The notes beneath the pieces were generated by a model. That model ran no database searches, had not been told where the DNA came from, and saw only the letters and a list, made by a program, of their open reading frames with translations. This document shows, in pieces, positions 26,890 to 37,800 of a DNA stretch of 64,000 nucleotides (its first letter is position 1; the number at the start of each line of letters is the position of its first letter). The stretch is from positions 53,513-117,512 of the forward strand of contig JADKBZ010000008.1 of the NCBI GenBank assembly GCA_016714815.1, given 5' to 3'. The stretch comes from Holophagales bacterium (GTDB lineage Bacteria > Acidobacteriota > Thermoanaerobaculia > UBA5066). Made by a program: the position numbers and the translations under genes.

Positions 26890-28385
26890 GAAAGACGGCG
26901 GAGCTCCGCCGACGGCGGACGGCGGCCGTCCTTTGCTCCGTTCTGCTGATCGTGTCGGGCGCGGCCTGCCGCAGGCCGCGCCCGCAGAGGGCCATCGAGG
27001 TCCTCGTTCCGTTCCTCCCGGCCACGCTGGACCCGTTCGCCGACTCGCGCCTCGTGGCGCGATCCCTCTTCACCGCCATCTACGAACCCCTCGTCGAAGA
27101 GACCGCCCTCGGGCTCCGGCCGGCGATCGCCGAGAGCTGGACGAACCCCTCCCCCGACACCTGGATCTTCCGCATCTCCGAGAACGAAAGGTTCCACGAC
27201 GGGGCTCCGGTGACGAGCCAGAACGTCGTGGATGCCGCCCTCGCCTCGAGAGCGTCGCTGGGTACGATCGCCGGCCTCGCCGACCTCCAGGCCATCGAGG
27301 TCGTGGACCAGAGGACCGTCCGGTTCCGCACGCACAGGCCCGCGGAGGACTTCCTGCTCGCCGTCTCCGCGCTCTTCGTCCCGCTGAAGTCCGGGCCGCG
27401 CTTCTGCGGGACCGGGCCCTATCACGTCGTCGCCCGCACGCCCGAACGGATTCTCCTCAGGTACCACTCCCGCCCTCACCACCCCTCGCCCTTCTTCCAC
27501 GAGGTGGTGTTCCGTCGCTGCTCGAGCCCCTCCGAAGGGCTCCGGCTCCTGCGCCGTCCGGTCCCAACGGCCGCCCTCGACCCGTCCCGCGAGATGCTCG
27601 ACGAGGCGCGCGCGAATTCCCGCTACCGCATCGTGACCTCGGAATCCGGCGGGCTGAGCTACCTTGCCGTCGGCTTTTCGGCGGGCGCCGGGCCGCTGGC
27701 GGACGTCCGGGTGAGGCGCGCCCTGCGGCTTGCCATTCACCTCTCGGAGCTGACGGCGGCCGGGACGATCTCCGGCGGAACGCCGGTGGGTCAGGTCATT
27801 CCTCCTGGCGCCTTCGGGTTCGACCCGAAACGAACCCCGCCCAGCCGCAATCTCGACGAGGCGCGCCGGCTCCTGGCGGACGCCGGCTACCCGGACGGCT
27901 TCGACGCCACGCTCGACGTGAACCAGAATGGGCGCCGCACCGCCGAGGTTCTCGCGCAGCAGGTTGCGGAGGCGGGGATCCGCCTGCGCGTCGTCGTCCG
28001 CTCGCCGGACGCGTTCGTGGCCCGCATCCAGGGGAAGAGCCCGCTCTACCTCTACAGCTGGTTCGTCGGCCTCGACGCGGGGCTGGCGCTCAGGAACGCC
28101 TTCCACACGAAGGACGTTGCGCAAGGCCTCGGGACGCTGAACCGGACCGGCTACTCCAGCCCTGCGGTGGACGAGGCTCTCGCCGCCCTGGCCACGTCCA
28201 CGAGCGCGGAGGAACGCCTGCGGAGTCTCCGCGCGATCTCGGACCTCCTCGACGCCGACCTTCCGTGGATTCCTCTCTTCTCCGCGCGCGAAGCCCGGAT
28301 CCTTCCTGCCGGAATCAACCTGCCGCGCCGCCCCGACGGGCTCTTCGTCATCGCCGAGGCGCGCGCAGAGAACGACCGGCCCTGA
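26886..28385 (+). CDS. ABC transporter solute-binding protein, family 5 (peptide/nickel/opine type), lipoprotein-like; no permease genes adjacent
   Basis: C-terminal ~500 aa of ORF 24771..28385 (frame switch from the S46 gene). GTG 26886 overlaps the S46 stop. Signal plus Cys (..LLIVSGAACRRP..). SBP_bac_5-like sequence. Confidence 0.65.
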   Translation: MRKTAELRRRRTAAVLCSVLLIVSGAACRRPRPQRAIEVLVPFLPATLDPFADSRLVARSLFTAIYEPLVEETALGLRPAIAESWTNPSPDTWIFRISENERFHDGAPVTSQNVVDAALASRASLGTIAGLADLQAIEVVDQRTVRFRTHRPAEDFLLAVSALFVPLKSGPRFCGTGPYHVVARTPERILLRYHSRPHHPSPFFHEVVFRRCSSPSEGLRLLRRPVPTAALDPSREMLDEARANSRYRIVTSESGGLSYLAVGFSAGAGPLADVRVRRALRLAIHLSELTAAGTISGGTPVGQVIPPGAFGFDPKRTPPSRNLDEARRLLADAGYPDGFDATLDVNQNGRRTAEVLAQQVAEAGIRLRVVVRSPDAFVARIQGKSPLYLYSWFVGLDAGLALRNAFHTKDVAQGLGTLNRTGYSSPAVDEALAALATSTSAEERLRSLRAISDLLDADLPWIPLFSAREARILPAGINLPRRPDGLFVIAEARAENDRP

Positions 28386-28436
28386 CCCGGCGGCGGGGAG
28401 GCGGGCCCCGCCCGCCTCCCTCGTTCTCCTGCCGGC

Positions 28437-31400
28437 CTACTTCGTCTTCACCGGGTCCGCGGGCCGCTTCGGGAGGGACCGCGGCTCCCTCTCGATCGCC
28501 TTCAGGACCTCCGCCACGCCCCGCTCGAGCTGCGGGTCGCGGCCGGCGGCCACGGAGGCCGGGTCGTTCTCCACCTCGATGTCCGGAGCGACGCCCTTCC
28601 CTTCGATGATGTAGCTGCCGTCGACGTCGTTCGTCGCCTGCTGCGGGACGAAGACCTGCCCGCCGTCCAGGAGCGGGCCGCGGCCGGAGATGCCGACGAC
28701 CCCGCCCCAGGTCCGCTTGCCGACGAGCGGGCCGAGCCCCGCCTTGCGGAAGCGCGCCGGGAAGATGTCGCCGTCCGACGCGGACGTCTCGTTGATGAGC
28801 GCCGCCAGGTGCCCGTGGAAGACGCTGCCGGGATAAGTTCCCGGCTCCTCGCTCGCCATCCCGAAGCGGGTCCCGAGGAGCTTCGAGTCGAGCCGCTCGA
28901 GGATCCACTGCGAGACGTTGCCGCCGCCGTTGGAGCGGACGTCGACGACGAGGCCTTCCTTGCGGATCTGCGGGTAGTACCACTTGAGGAACTCGTAGAT
29001 GCCGGGGGCGCCCATGTCGGGGATGTGCAGGTAGCCGACCCGGCCGCCCGACATCTTCGTCACCTTCTCGAGGTTGCCGAGGACCCAGTCGAGGTAGAGG
29101 AGGCTGGCCTCGCTCTCCACCGGCTCGTACGTCGCCTTGCGCGCCCCCTCGAAGGCCGGCTTCCCGTTGAGCGTGAGCGTGACGGGATGGGTCTTGTGCT
29201 GGAGGAGGCGGTAGGGATCGTCGTTCCCCGTCAGCTCCTCGCCGTCGATGGCGAGGACGTAATCGCCGACGCGGGCGTCGACGCCGACCGCCGTGAGCGG
29301 CGAGCGGTACTTCTCTTCCTCGTTGTGGCCGCGGAAGATCGCCGCGATCCGGTAGCGACCGGCCTTCGCGTCCAGCTCGAACCGCGCGCCGGGGAGGCCC
29401 ACCTTCGCCCGCGTCGGGCGCTCGATGTCCCCTTCCTCGATGTAGGCGTGGCCGACGTTCAGCTCGGACACCATCTCGCCGAGGACGTAGGTCAGGTCCG
29501 AGCGGTGGGAAACGTACGGCAGGAGCTGCCGGTACCTCGCGCCGATCGCCTTCCAGTCGTACCCGTGCATGTTGCGGACGTAGAAGAAGTCGCGGTAGCG
29601 GCGCCAGACCTCGTCGAAGATCGTCGCCCACTCTTCGGCCGGGACGCGGTCGACCACGAGCTCCTTCGTGGAGACGCTCTTGGGGTCCTTCGACTTCGGC
29701 TTGACGTCCCAGAGCTTGAAGCCCTTCTCCTTGCCGCCGCCCCGAACGAGGACCTTCTTCCCGTCGTCCGAGATCGCCCATCCGTCGACGTCGGCGACGA
29801 GCTCGCTCTCCTCGCGCTCCTTCAGGTCGTAGATCGCGAGGGAGGTCTTCCTGTCGCTGTCGCGCCCGTAGAACCGCGCCCCCTCCTTCGCGTAGAGGAG
29901 CGCCGACTTCGTCACGGCGAGACCGTCGAGGTTGTCGGCCTCCACCGGGACGCGGACGACGCGCGCGGCGAGGCCGTCCCACTCGATGACGACCGGCTTC
30001 GGCGCCTTCGCGGCGTCCTTCTTCCCGTCCCTGGCATCCTTCGAATCGCCCTTCTTCGCGTCCGCGGAGACCTTGTCGTCGTCGCCGTCCTTCTTGTCCG
30101 CGTCCTTCTTCCCGTCCTTCGCGTCGCCCGAGTTCACCTCGTCGCTCTCGGGCGCGAAGGGGCTCGCGACGTCCTTCCGGAGGGCGAGGGCGAAGATGCC
30201 GATCCGGCGATTCCCCGCATAGTTCCACTCGATGTCGGAGATCTGCGGCGCGAACTCGCGCTCCGCGAGGAAGTAGAGGAGCTTTCCCTCCGGGTCCCAC
30301 GCGGGACCGTACGAGGAGAACATCTCGCTCGTCACGCGCTTCACCTTGCCGTCCGCCACGCTCCAGACGTGGAGGACGTTCATCCCGGTGTGCTCGCCCA
30401 TCGAGAAGGCCAGGTGCGCGCCGTCGGGCGACCAGGCGTAGTCATCGATTCCGCCGAAGCGGTCGTCGGCGATCTCCACGACCTTCTTCCCGGCCACGGT
30501 CACGACGTAGAGCTTTCCGTCCTTGTCCGACAGGGCGAGGCGGGTGCCGTCGGGGGACCAGGCCGGCGCCGAGAGCATCGACCCGAAGGTCGTCGTCAGC
30601 TGTTCGGGCTTGCCGAGGCCGTCCTGCGAAACGAGCCAGAGCTGCTCTTCGCCCGTCCGGTCGGAGACATACGCGATCGTCTTCCCGTCGGGAGACCAGG
30701 CGGCGTGCTTGTCGTGGGCGCTGGAGGAGCGGGTCAGGTTGCGCGTCGCCCCCTTCTCGATCGGCGCCGTGAAGACGTCGCCGCGGGCGACGAAGAGGGC
30801 CCGCTCGCCCTTCGGCGAGAGGCCGAAGCTCTCGAGCCTCTTGTCGGCCGGGACCCGTGACGGCCGTGCGGCAAGGCCGTCGGACGGCACGGTGATCGCG
30901 AGCGCCGTGTCCGCCTTCGACTTCACGTCGAAGAGCCGGAGCTCGCCCCCGAGCTCGTAGACGACGCGGCCCGCGGAATCCGAGCTGGCCCACCTCACGT
31001 CCCACGTCGTCGACTGCGTCAGCTTCTCGATGTTCTCGCCGGAGGGGTCGGCGGAGTAGAGGTTCAGGGTGCCGTCGCGGTCGGAGACGAAGAAGATCTT
31101 CCCGCCGATCCACATCGGGTCGCGCTCGGTCCGCTTCGAGGGCGCGAGGACCTTCGAGGTTCCGGACGCGAGGTCGTAGACGAAGAGGTCCTGAGCCCAG
31201 CCCCCCTCGTAACGCTTCCAGGTGCGGAAGTCCCGGAAGAGCGGCGAGTAGACGAGCTTTGTCCCGTCGGGGCTGTAGTCGCCCGCGCCCGCCGTGTACA
31301 TCGGGAGCTTCGCGGGCAGGCCTCCCGCAACGGGAACGGTGTAGAGGGCCGACTCCACCTTCGCGCTCTCGGCGTCGCGCAGCGAGCGGATAAGGACCTT

Positions 31401-31811
31401 CGCCCCGTCGGGCGTCCAGCCGTAGACCTGGTTGTCCACGCCGCCGCGCGGCGGCAGCGGCCCGCGCGCCGGGTACCACGTGAGACGCTTCGGGACGCCC
31501 CCTTCGGACGGGACGACGTAGACCTGCTCGTCTCCCTCGTACTGGCCGGTGAAGGCGATCCACTTCCCGTCGGGGGAGAACTTCGGGAAGAGCTCCTGCC
31601 CCGGGTGCGCGGTGACCCGGGCGGCCAGGCCACCGCCCGTGGCGGCCGTCCAGATGTCGCCGCCGTAGCAGAACGCCACGCGGCCTCCGTGGACGTCGGG
31701 GTAGCGGAGAAGCTTCGTCTGGGCCGCAGCCGGGAAGGAGAGTAGAAAGGCCGCAGCCGCGGTGGCGAGGGGCGCCGAGAGGCGCGAGGAGCGCCGGGAG
31801 CGTGGATTCAT
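28437..31811 (-). CDS. Tricorn-protease-like S41 peptidase (N-terminal beta-propellers, PDZ, C-terminal S41 catalytic domain), paralog 1
   Basis: 1124 aa from ATG (revcomp 31809-31811) after GGAGG. Signal peptide MNPRSRRSSRLSAPLATAAAAFLLSFPAAAQT. Repeated ..SPDG(K/T).. propeller blades. C-terminal ..GRVGYLHIPDMG..VVDVRSNGGG.. (S41). A Lys/Asp-rich low-complexity insert is present. The upstream part of ORF 28437..33140 is rejected. Confidence 0.8.
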   Translation of the reverse strand: MNPRSRRSSRLSAPLATAAAAFLLSFPAAAQTKLLRYPDVHGGRVAFCYGGDIWTAATGGGLAARVTAHPGQELFPKFSPDGKWIAFTGQYEGDEQVYVVPSEGGVPKRLTWYPARGPLPPRGGVDNQVYGWTPDGAKVLIRSLRDAESAKVESALYTVPVAGGLPAKLPMYTAGAGDYSPDGTKLVYSPLFRDFRTWKRYEGGWAQDLFVYDLASGTSKVLAPSKRTERDPMWIGGKIFFVSDRDGTLNLYSADPSGENIEKLTQSTTWDVRWASSDSAGRVVYELGGELRLFDVKSKADTALAITVPSDGLAARPSRVPADKRLESFGLSPKGERALFVARGDVFTAPIEKGATRNLTRSSSAHDKHAAWSPDGKTIAYVSDRTGEEQLWLVSQDGLGKPEQLTTTFGSMLSAPAWSPDGTRLALSDKDGKLYVVTVAGKKVVEIADDRFGGIDDYAWSPDGAHLAFSMGEHTGMNVLHVWSVADGKVKRVTSEMFSSYGPAWDPEGKLLYFLAEREFAPQISDIEWNYAGNRRIGIFALALRKDVASPFAPESDEVNSGDAKDGKKDADKKDGDDDKVSADAKKGDSKDARDGKKDAAKAPKPVVIEWDGLAARVVRVPVEADNLDGLAVTKSALLYAKEGARFYGRDSDRKTSLAIYDLKEREESELVADVDGWAISDDGKKVLVRGGGKEKGFKLWDVKPKSKDPKSVSTKELVVDRVPAEEWATIFDEVWRRYRDFFYVRNMHGYDWKAIGARYRQLLPYVSHRSDLTYVLGEMVSELNVGHAYIEEGDIERPTRAKVGLPGARFELDAKAGRYRIAAIFRGHNEEEKYRSPLTAVGVDARVGDYVLAIDGEELTGNDDPYRLLQHKTHPVTLTLNGKPAFEGARKATYEPVESEASLLYLDWVLGNLEKVTKMSGGRVGYLHIPDMGAPGIYEFLKWYYPQIRKEGLVVDVRSNGGGNVSQWILERLDSKLLGTRFGMASEEPGTYPGSVFHGHLAALINETSASDGDIFPARFRKAGLGPLVGKRTWGGVVGISGRGPLLDGGQVFVPQQATNDVDGSYIIEGKGVAPDIEVENDPASVAAGRDPQLERGVAEVLKAIEREPRSLPKRPADPVKTK

Positions 31812-31934
31812 CGGATCCTCCGCCGGGGATGGTAACGCCCGCCCGGCGGACCGCCGTGGCCCGGAGCGCCTGCCCCGGGGACGGGTCTCGCGCGGACGCG
31901 GCGCCCGGAGGAAGATGGGTCCTCGAGGCCGCTC

Positions 31935-34175
31935 ATGACGCACCGCAGCTCTCGCCGCAGGGCCGTCGTTTTCGCCGCGTCGCTTCTCGCCGCGTCCTGC
32001 GGACGCGCTCCCGCGATGCCTCCGGCGAAGGCCCGCCTCGACGGGTACCAGCTGAAGAGCTCCTTCTCCGAAGGGCTCGCGGTCCTTCAACGGTCGGACG
32101 ACCTGGCGCTGGGCTTCGTCGACGCGAAGGGAACCGTCGTCATTCCGCCCCGGTTCCAGGACGCCGGGCGGTTCTCCGAGGGTCTCGCCGCCGCACGCGA
32201 GGAGTACCGGGAGGGGTTCGGGTACGTGGACCGGGCTGGACGGATGGTGATCCCACCGGGCTACGACGCGGCGCTTCCGTTCTCCGAGGGGCTCGCGGCC
32301 GTCCTCCTCGACGGGCGCTGGGGATTCGTCGACCGGACGGGCGCGGTCCGGATACCCCCTCGCTTCGACGACGTCTCCCCTTTCCGCGAGGGCCGCGCGC
32401 GGATCGTCGTCGACGGCCTCGCCGGGTTCGTGGACGCGGCCGGGAACGCCGTGATCGCGCCCGCCTGGTTCCGGGCGGGCGACTTCCACGACGGGCTCGC
32501 CGCCGTCTGCGGCCGGAGCCGGTGCGGCTTCGTCGACCTCTCGGGGCGCGCCGCGATTCCTCTCGATTACGACGATGCCGGCTCCTTCGCGAACGGCCTC
32601 GCCCCCGTGAGGGCCGGCGAGAAGTGGGGCTACGTCGACCCCGGCGGCCGGATGGCGATCGCTCCGTCGTACGACGAAGCCGAGCCGTTCGCCGAGGGGC
32701 TCGCGCGGGTCGGGGTCGTCAAGGACGCCACGTTCGACACGAAGTTCGGCGGCTTCTCGGGACGGACGACGGTCAGCGGCTTCATCGACCCCTCCGGGAA
32801 GTGGGTCGTCGAGCCGAAGATGCTCGGTGCGACGTCGTTCTCGGGAGGGTTCACCGCCGTCCGCCTGCCGGCCGGCGGCCTCTGCAGCGACTGCTACGAC
32901 TTTCGGTTCATGGCAAAGGACGGCGTCTTCCTGCCCGGGCGCTACGACTTTGTCCGCCCCTTCTCGGAGGGGATCGCCGTCGTCGCGAGGTCCCGGAAGA
33001 GCCGGCTGATCGACGGGAAGGGCGTGCCCCTCGTCGAGCTCGACCTGAGCTATGTCGAGGACGAGGCGCGGAGCCCGGGCACACACGTCCCGCACAGGTT
33101 CGGCCTCGTCGACGTCGACGGGAAACCCGTCCTGCCCCACTCGCTCCTCTCGGCCCAGCCCTTCTCGGAGGGGCTCGCGCTCGTCGAGGAACGGTTGGAC
33201 CGAAAGGTCCAGCGGAGGCGATTCATCGACCGGAAGGGCGAGACCGTCCTCGACGTTCCCGCCTCGCTCGGACAGGCGCTGCCTTTCGCTGGCGGGCTTT
33301 CCCTCGTGTCTGCGACGAGCGGCGGGAAGACGCTCTACGGCTTCATGAACAGGACCGGGACCGTCGTCGTCCCGATTCGGTTCGCGAACGCGTCGCCTTT
33401 CTCGGAAGGGCTTGCGGCCGTAAAGGTCTCACGCGACCTCGGCGCGAACGACTGGGGCTACTTGGACGCGAAGGGCGCGTTCGTCATCGAACCCCGTTTC
33501 AAGGCGGCCGGGCCTTTCTCGAACGGGCTCGCGTTCGTCGAGTGGGTGACGAAGGAGCACCATCTCCTCTCCGGCGTGATCGACCCCGGCGGCCGCGTCG
33601 TCGTCGAGAAGCCGTTCTCGCAGGAGCTCTCGGGCGCCCTCTTCGGGACTCCGTCCGTCGAGCAGTTCCGGCGCCTGCAAGGCCTCCGGTTCGGCGAGCG
33701 GCTCGTCCCGCGGCACGACGCCTCGGGCCCTTCGTGGGCCGGACCGGACGGCCGGACCGTCGTCCCCGCCTCGCCCCTCGCCAGGGCCGGACTCTTCTCC
33801 GAGGGGAGAGCGCCGGTGCAGGCGAGGAGCGGTTCGCCGAGCGGGGTCTCGTGGGGCTACGCCGATCCCGGGGGCCGGCTCGCCGTTTCGGCCGTCCACG
33901 CCGCGGCCTTCCCGTTCTCCGAGGGGCTCGGACTCGTGCGCGACCTCGCGGGACGGTGGGGATGGGTCACGCCGTCGGGGGAGTGGGCCATCCCTCCGAT
34001 GTGCCTGGAGGAGGCGAAGCCCTTCTCGGACAGACGCGCTCTCGTGAAGCTCAACGGGCGGTGGGGCTACCTCGACCGGGCCGGCCGCTTCGCGATCCCA
34101 CCACGGTACGTTCGTGCGGAGGCGTTCTCGGAAGGGCTCGCCGTGACGGCGATGCCGGTGGGCCGCAGACCGTAA
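31935..34175 (+). CDS. WG-containing repeat (KWG) lipoprotein, about 17 repeats
   Basis: 746 aa. Lipobox-like LLAASCG. Iterated ..FSEGLA.V...WG(F/Y)VD..G..VIP..(F/Y)D.A.. units. Confidence 0.8.
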   Translation: MTHRSSRRRAVVFAASLLAASCGRAPAMPPAKARLDGYQLKSSFSEGLAVLQRSDDLALGFVDAKGTVVIPPRFQDAGRFSEGLAAAREEYREGFGYVDRAGRMVIPPGYDAALPFSEGLAAVLLDGRWGFVDRTGAVRIPPRFDDVSPFREGRARIVVDGLAGFVDAAGNAVIAPAWFRAGDFHDGLAAVCGRSRCGFVDLSGRAAIPLDYDDAGSFANGLAPVRAGEKWGYVDPGGRMAIAPSYDEAEPFAEGLARVGVVKDATFDTKFGGFSGRTTVSGFIDPSGKWVVEPKMLGATSFSGGFTAVRLPAGGLCSDCYDFRFMAKDGVFLPGRYDFVRPFSEGIAVVARSRKSRLIDGKGVPLVELDLSYVEDEARSPGTHVPHRFGLVDVDGKPVLPHSLLSAQPFSEGLALVEERLDRKVQRRRFIDRKGETVLDVPASLGQALPFAGGLSLVSATSGGKTLYGFMNRTGTVVVPIRFANASPFSEGLAAVKVSRDLGANDWGYLDAKGAFVIEPRFKAAGPFSNGLAFVEWVTKEHHLLSGVIDPGGRVVVEKPFSQELSGALFGTPSVEQFRRLQGLRFGERLVPRHDASGPSWAGPDGRTVVPASPLARAGLFSEGRAPVQARSGSPSGVSWGYADPGGRLAVSAVHAAAFPFSEGLGLVRDLAGRWGWVTPSGEWAIPPMCLEEAKPFSDRRALVKLNGRWGYLDRAGRFAIPPRYVRAEAFSEGLAVTAMPVGRRP

Positions 34176-34218
34176 TACACGATTGCACGCCTGGCACGGA
34201 TTCCTTTAGAATCGTGCC

Positions 34219-34437
34219 GTGAGCAGCCGCGAAGAGAGAGCCGACTGGCCCGTCCGGCGTATTGCCCTGGGCCAAGAACACGAGGGCATAGACCCCGACG
34301 TGGCGGCGATGTCCCCCTCGCAGAGGATTGCCCTGGTCGAACGCCTGACGCGAAACGCCTGGGCGTTCAAGGGAGAGCCTGTCGATGGAGCGCGACTTCG
34401 TCGAGATGTTGTCCGCACTCAACGCGGCCGGCGTTGA
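34219..34437 (+). CDS. Small ORF (about 55-72 aa) preceding and overlapping the nucleotidyltransferase-fold gene; possible partner/antitoxin-like protein
   Basis: GTG start. High GC3 in the first ~50 codons, which falls where the overlapping downstream gene begins. No recognisable domain. Confidence 0.3.
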   Translation: MSSREERADWPVRRIALGQEHEGIDPDVAAMSPSQRIALVERLTRNAWAFKGEPVDGARLRRDVVRTQRGRR

Positions 34438-34837
34438 GTATCTCGTCGTCGGCGCGCACGCGATGGCGGCGCACGGCGTACCGAGGGCGACCGGAGACCT
34501 CGACATCTGGGTCCGCGCGACGTCCGAGAACGCCCCTCGTGTGCTCGATGCGCTTCGCGAGTTCGGGGCGCCGCTTTTCGACCTGACGCTCGACGACCTC
34601 TCGAAGCCGGAGAACGTCTTCCAGATCGGCGTCGTTCCCGTTCGGATCGATCTCCTGACCAGCATCACCGGCGTCGGATTCGAAGAGGCCTGGGCGGGCC
34701 GGATGGAGATCCTCGTCGAGGGCGTCCCCTTCGGAGTCATCGGCCGGGTGGACCTCCTCCGAAACAAGAGAGCGACCGGACGGCCGAAGGACCTCCTCGA
34801 CGCCGCCACGCTGGAGGAAAAGACTCCCGGCAGCTGA
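34385..34837 (+). CDS. Nucleotidyltransferase-fold (Pol-beta superfamily) protein, about 150 aa
   Basis: ..LVVGAHAMAAHGVPRATGDLDIWV.. matches the hG[GS]x(n)DhDh nucleotidyltransferase motif. High GC3. Overlaps the upstream small ORF. Confidence 0.5.
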   Translation: MERDFVEMLSALNAAGVEYLVVGAHAMAAHGVPRATGDLDIWVRATSENAPRVLDALREFGAPLFDLTLDDLSKPENVFQIGVVPVRIDLLTSITGVGFEEAWAGRMEILVEGVPFGVIGRVDLLRNKRATGRPKDLLDAATLEEKTPGS

Positions 34838-34868
34838 AGGGCGAGGAGAGCCTGCCCGGGCCAGCCAA

Positions 34869-37800
34869 TCAGCGGGGTGCCTGCTCCGGCGGCGCCGACT
34901 CGGAGCACCAGTAGGACGGCCCGCCCCCCTGAAGATGCCAGGGCGGACACCAGGAATGGACGGGCGCGCGACGCCCCTCGACCCGCGAAGCCACGAGCAG
35001 ATTCACCGTGCGCCGCGTTCTTCTTCCGTCCGCATCGCGGACCGCCAGGAGAACCGAGGCGGCTCCCGGCACGCCGGGAGTCCCCGAGAGGAGGCCCGAC
35101 GCCTTCCCGAGCGACAGCCCCGCCGGCAGCGGGCCCGATTCGACGGAGAACCGGTACGGCGGCCTGCCGTTGTGAACGGGGATCCGGTACGAGTAGGCCT
35201 CCCCCGCGAGAGCGGGCGGCATCGAGCCACCCGCGACGTCGATCGCGAAATCCTCCGCGAAATGAAGGAGTGTCACGCCGGCCTCCGCCTTCGCCAGAAC
35301 CGTGAATTCATCCCTGGAGCCTCCGGCGCGGGGGAGGAGCGCGCCCTGAGAGTCGACGAGTTCAGGGAGCGGCCTCGTCCAGAGAGGCTCGGACCCCTGC
35401 CGCCCGAGCTTCATGAGGACCGACTGACCCAGCCCGTCATCCCGGCCCGCTATCAGGAGGTCGCCGTCCGGAAGCTCGGCGACACGCCACGCTCCCGTCA
35501 TCTTCGGCCAGCTGCCTTCCGGTGATTCGGCCTCCGCAAAGCGCTCCCGCCGGACGGTCTTCCCGGTCGCCCCGTCGTATTTCGCGAGCGCCCAACCTCC
35601 GCGCAGCGTGTTCCACACGTCGTATTTCCCCGCCACGACGACGTCTCCGGCGCGATCGACGACGAGATCCCATCCGAAAAGGCTGGCCTGGGCATCCGCA
35701 GGCTCCACCGACTCCCAGACGACGGCCCCCGACCTCGAGGAGATCCTCGAACAGAGCCAGTTCGTCGGCCACCTGCCGCTCTGATTCGACAGGACGACCG
35801 GGTTTCCGCCGTCGGCGAGATCGAGCGCGTATGCGGGCCCGCCGAGACGAATCGGACCCCATGCCGGGTCGCCCTTCGCGCCGCAGACCTTTCCGACGAC
35901 GGTGCCGTCCTCGTTCGAGACGACCAGGAGGACGTCGTCCCTGTCGTCGACGCGAATACGGGTCCAAGAGGCCGAGTGCGCGCCGGGGACACCGAGGAAC
36001 GCGGCAGCCGACCATCTCGGCTCACCGGTCGCTCCGTCGGACTTCATCACCCACCAGGCGCCCCGGCTCGGCCCCTCGTCATCGGACTCGTCCCTCGGCG
36101 ACCGGTAGACCTCCTCTCCCACACCGGCAAGACCTATCTCGACGAGGTCCCCGCCGGAGTCGGTGGCCAGGCCCGCGGACTGACCCTGGGGAAGCCGCCT
36201 CGGACCCCAGAGAACTCCGCCAGTCACCCCGTCCCGTTTCATGGTCCACCAGACGGAACGAGGGCCCTCTCTGAGCGTGCCGGAAACGAAGACGTCGCCG
36301 CGCCGGTCCAATGCGAGGCGCCCGCCCCAGATCGGCTGGTGCGCCGGGTCGTCCGTGAGGTCCGGCCAGACGGGGCCCCATCGGAGAGCGCCCGTGATTC
36401 CGTCGACCTTCGCCACCCCGCCGCTCTCGGTCATGACGAGTACGTCGCCGCGCGAGTCCCTCGCGGCGCCGGCCGGCCTGTCGTCCTCCACCCCGGCGTC
36501 GGCCGGGAGGATTGACTCGTGGAGCAGGCGACCGTCTCCTCCCGAGAAGGAGACGAGTTTCGCGTCGGAGCCGTAGCCGCTGCTGCTGAACGTGGCAACG
36601 AACCTCAGGTCGCCCGCCTCGTCGACGAAGAGGGGAACGGTCAAGCCCGCCTTCCTCCCCGGTTCGATCGGAACGGGACCCCAGAGCGTTCGCCCGGTGG
36701 CTCCGTCGCACTTCCTGACCCACAGCTGCGGGTTTCGGAATGGGACGTCCGGAGTCGTTTCTGCAATCAGGACGTCGGCACGAAGGTCCACACCGAAGGC
36801 GACAACGGCTTCTCGGGACCCTCCCGCACTTCGCCAGATCGTCTTCCCGGTCCTGCCGTCGAGCTTCACGAGCTCGTCACTGCCCATCGAAATCGATGAA
36901 GCGCTGCCGCTGGCGAGGACGTCTCCCGCGGGATCGACGACGAGACCGACGGCCCGGGTCCGGCGGGAGGGCGATCCGGCCGAGTCGAGCCGGACGGGAC
37001 CCCAGGCCGGCTCGCCGGTGCGCCCGTCGACCTTTACGACGGACCAGCGACAGCGGTTGCCTTCGAAGGCCTCTCCCGTGACGACGACGTCCCCCCTGGA
37101 GTCCAGCGCAAGCCGCCGGGGAACGCTCATTCCACCCGGGTCCCCAGTGAACCGGCGCTCCCAGAGGACGACTCCCGACCGGCCCTCGTACTTCCTGAGG
37201 CCCCACGCGGAGCCCTCCTCGGTCCCCGCTGCGACCGCGACGACGATGTCGCCGTTCGGATCTCCCTCGACCCCGATCGGACCGTCGGCTCGTCCATTCC
37301 CTTCCGCAGGGTGCGAGACGGTCCAGGTCACGGCTCCCGAGATTCCGTCGACGAGGGCCAGCTGCCAGCCCCTTTGCTTTCGATCCCTCTGTCCATAGAG
37401 ACGGCCTGCAACGACCACGTTTCCCGACCCGTCGGTCGCAAGCGACGTGGCGAACGTGCCAAGCAGGCTCTCCGCCGAGACGATCGCGGGCGCCCGCCAT
37501 GCCGCCAGGCCGCTGACGGCGTCGAACTTCATCAGCTCGATCGCTCCCGACGGGGAACGCGCCGTGGCGAAGAGTGAGCCGGCGGCGTCGACGGCGAGCG
37601 GTTCCCGCCATCCGAATACCCTCGCCGACGAAAGGAGCCGGCCGCCGGAGTCGTAGCGCAGCGCCGTGACGGCATTGCCCATGCGCGAAACGACGAGCGT
37701 GGAACGGTCCCGGAGGCTCGTGACGGAGTGGACGGAGACGAACGGCATGGAATCGGGCGAAGGTCCCATGTCCCGTCGCCAGACGGGGACCGCCATCGCA

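Noticed and set aside
24771-28385. 1204-aa ORF overlapping the S46 peptidase gene
   Set aside because: Only the C-terminal ~500 aa (solute-binding protein) are plausible. The upstream part is an Arg-rich alternative frame of the S46 gene.
28437-33140. Upstream 443 codons of the 1567-aa minus ORF
   Set aside because: Junk-like composition. The internal ATG with GGAGG RBS and an immediate signal peptide gives a canonical ~1120-aa tricorn-like protein, and the region overlaps the plus-strand WG-repeat gene promoter.
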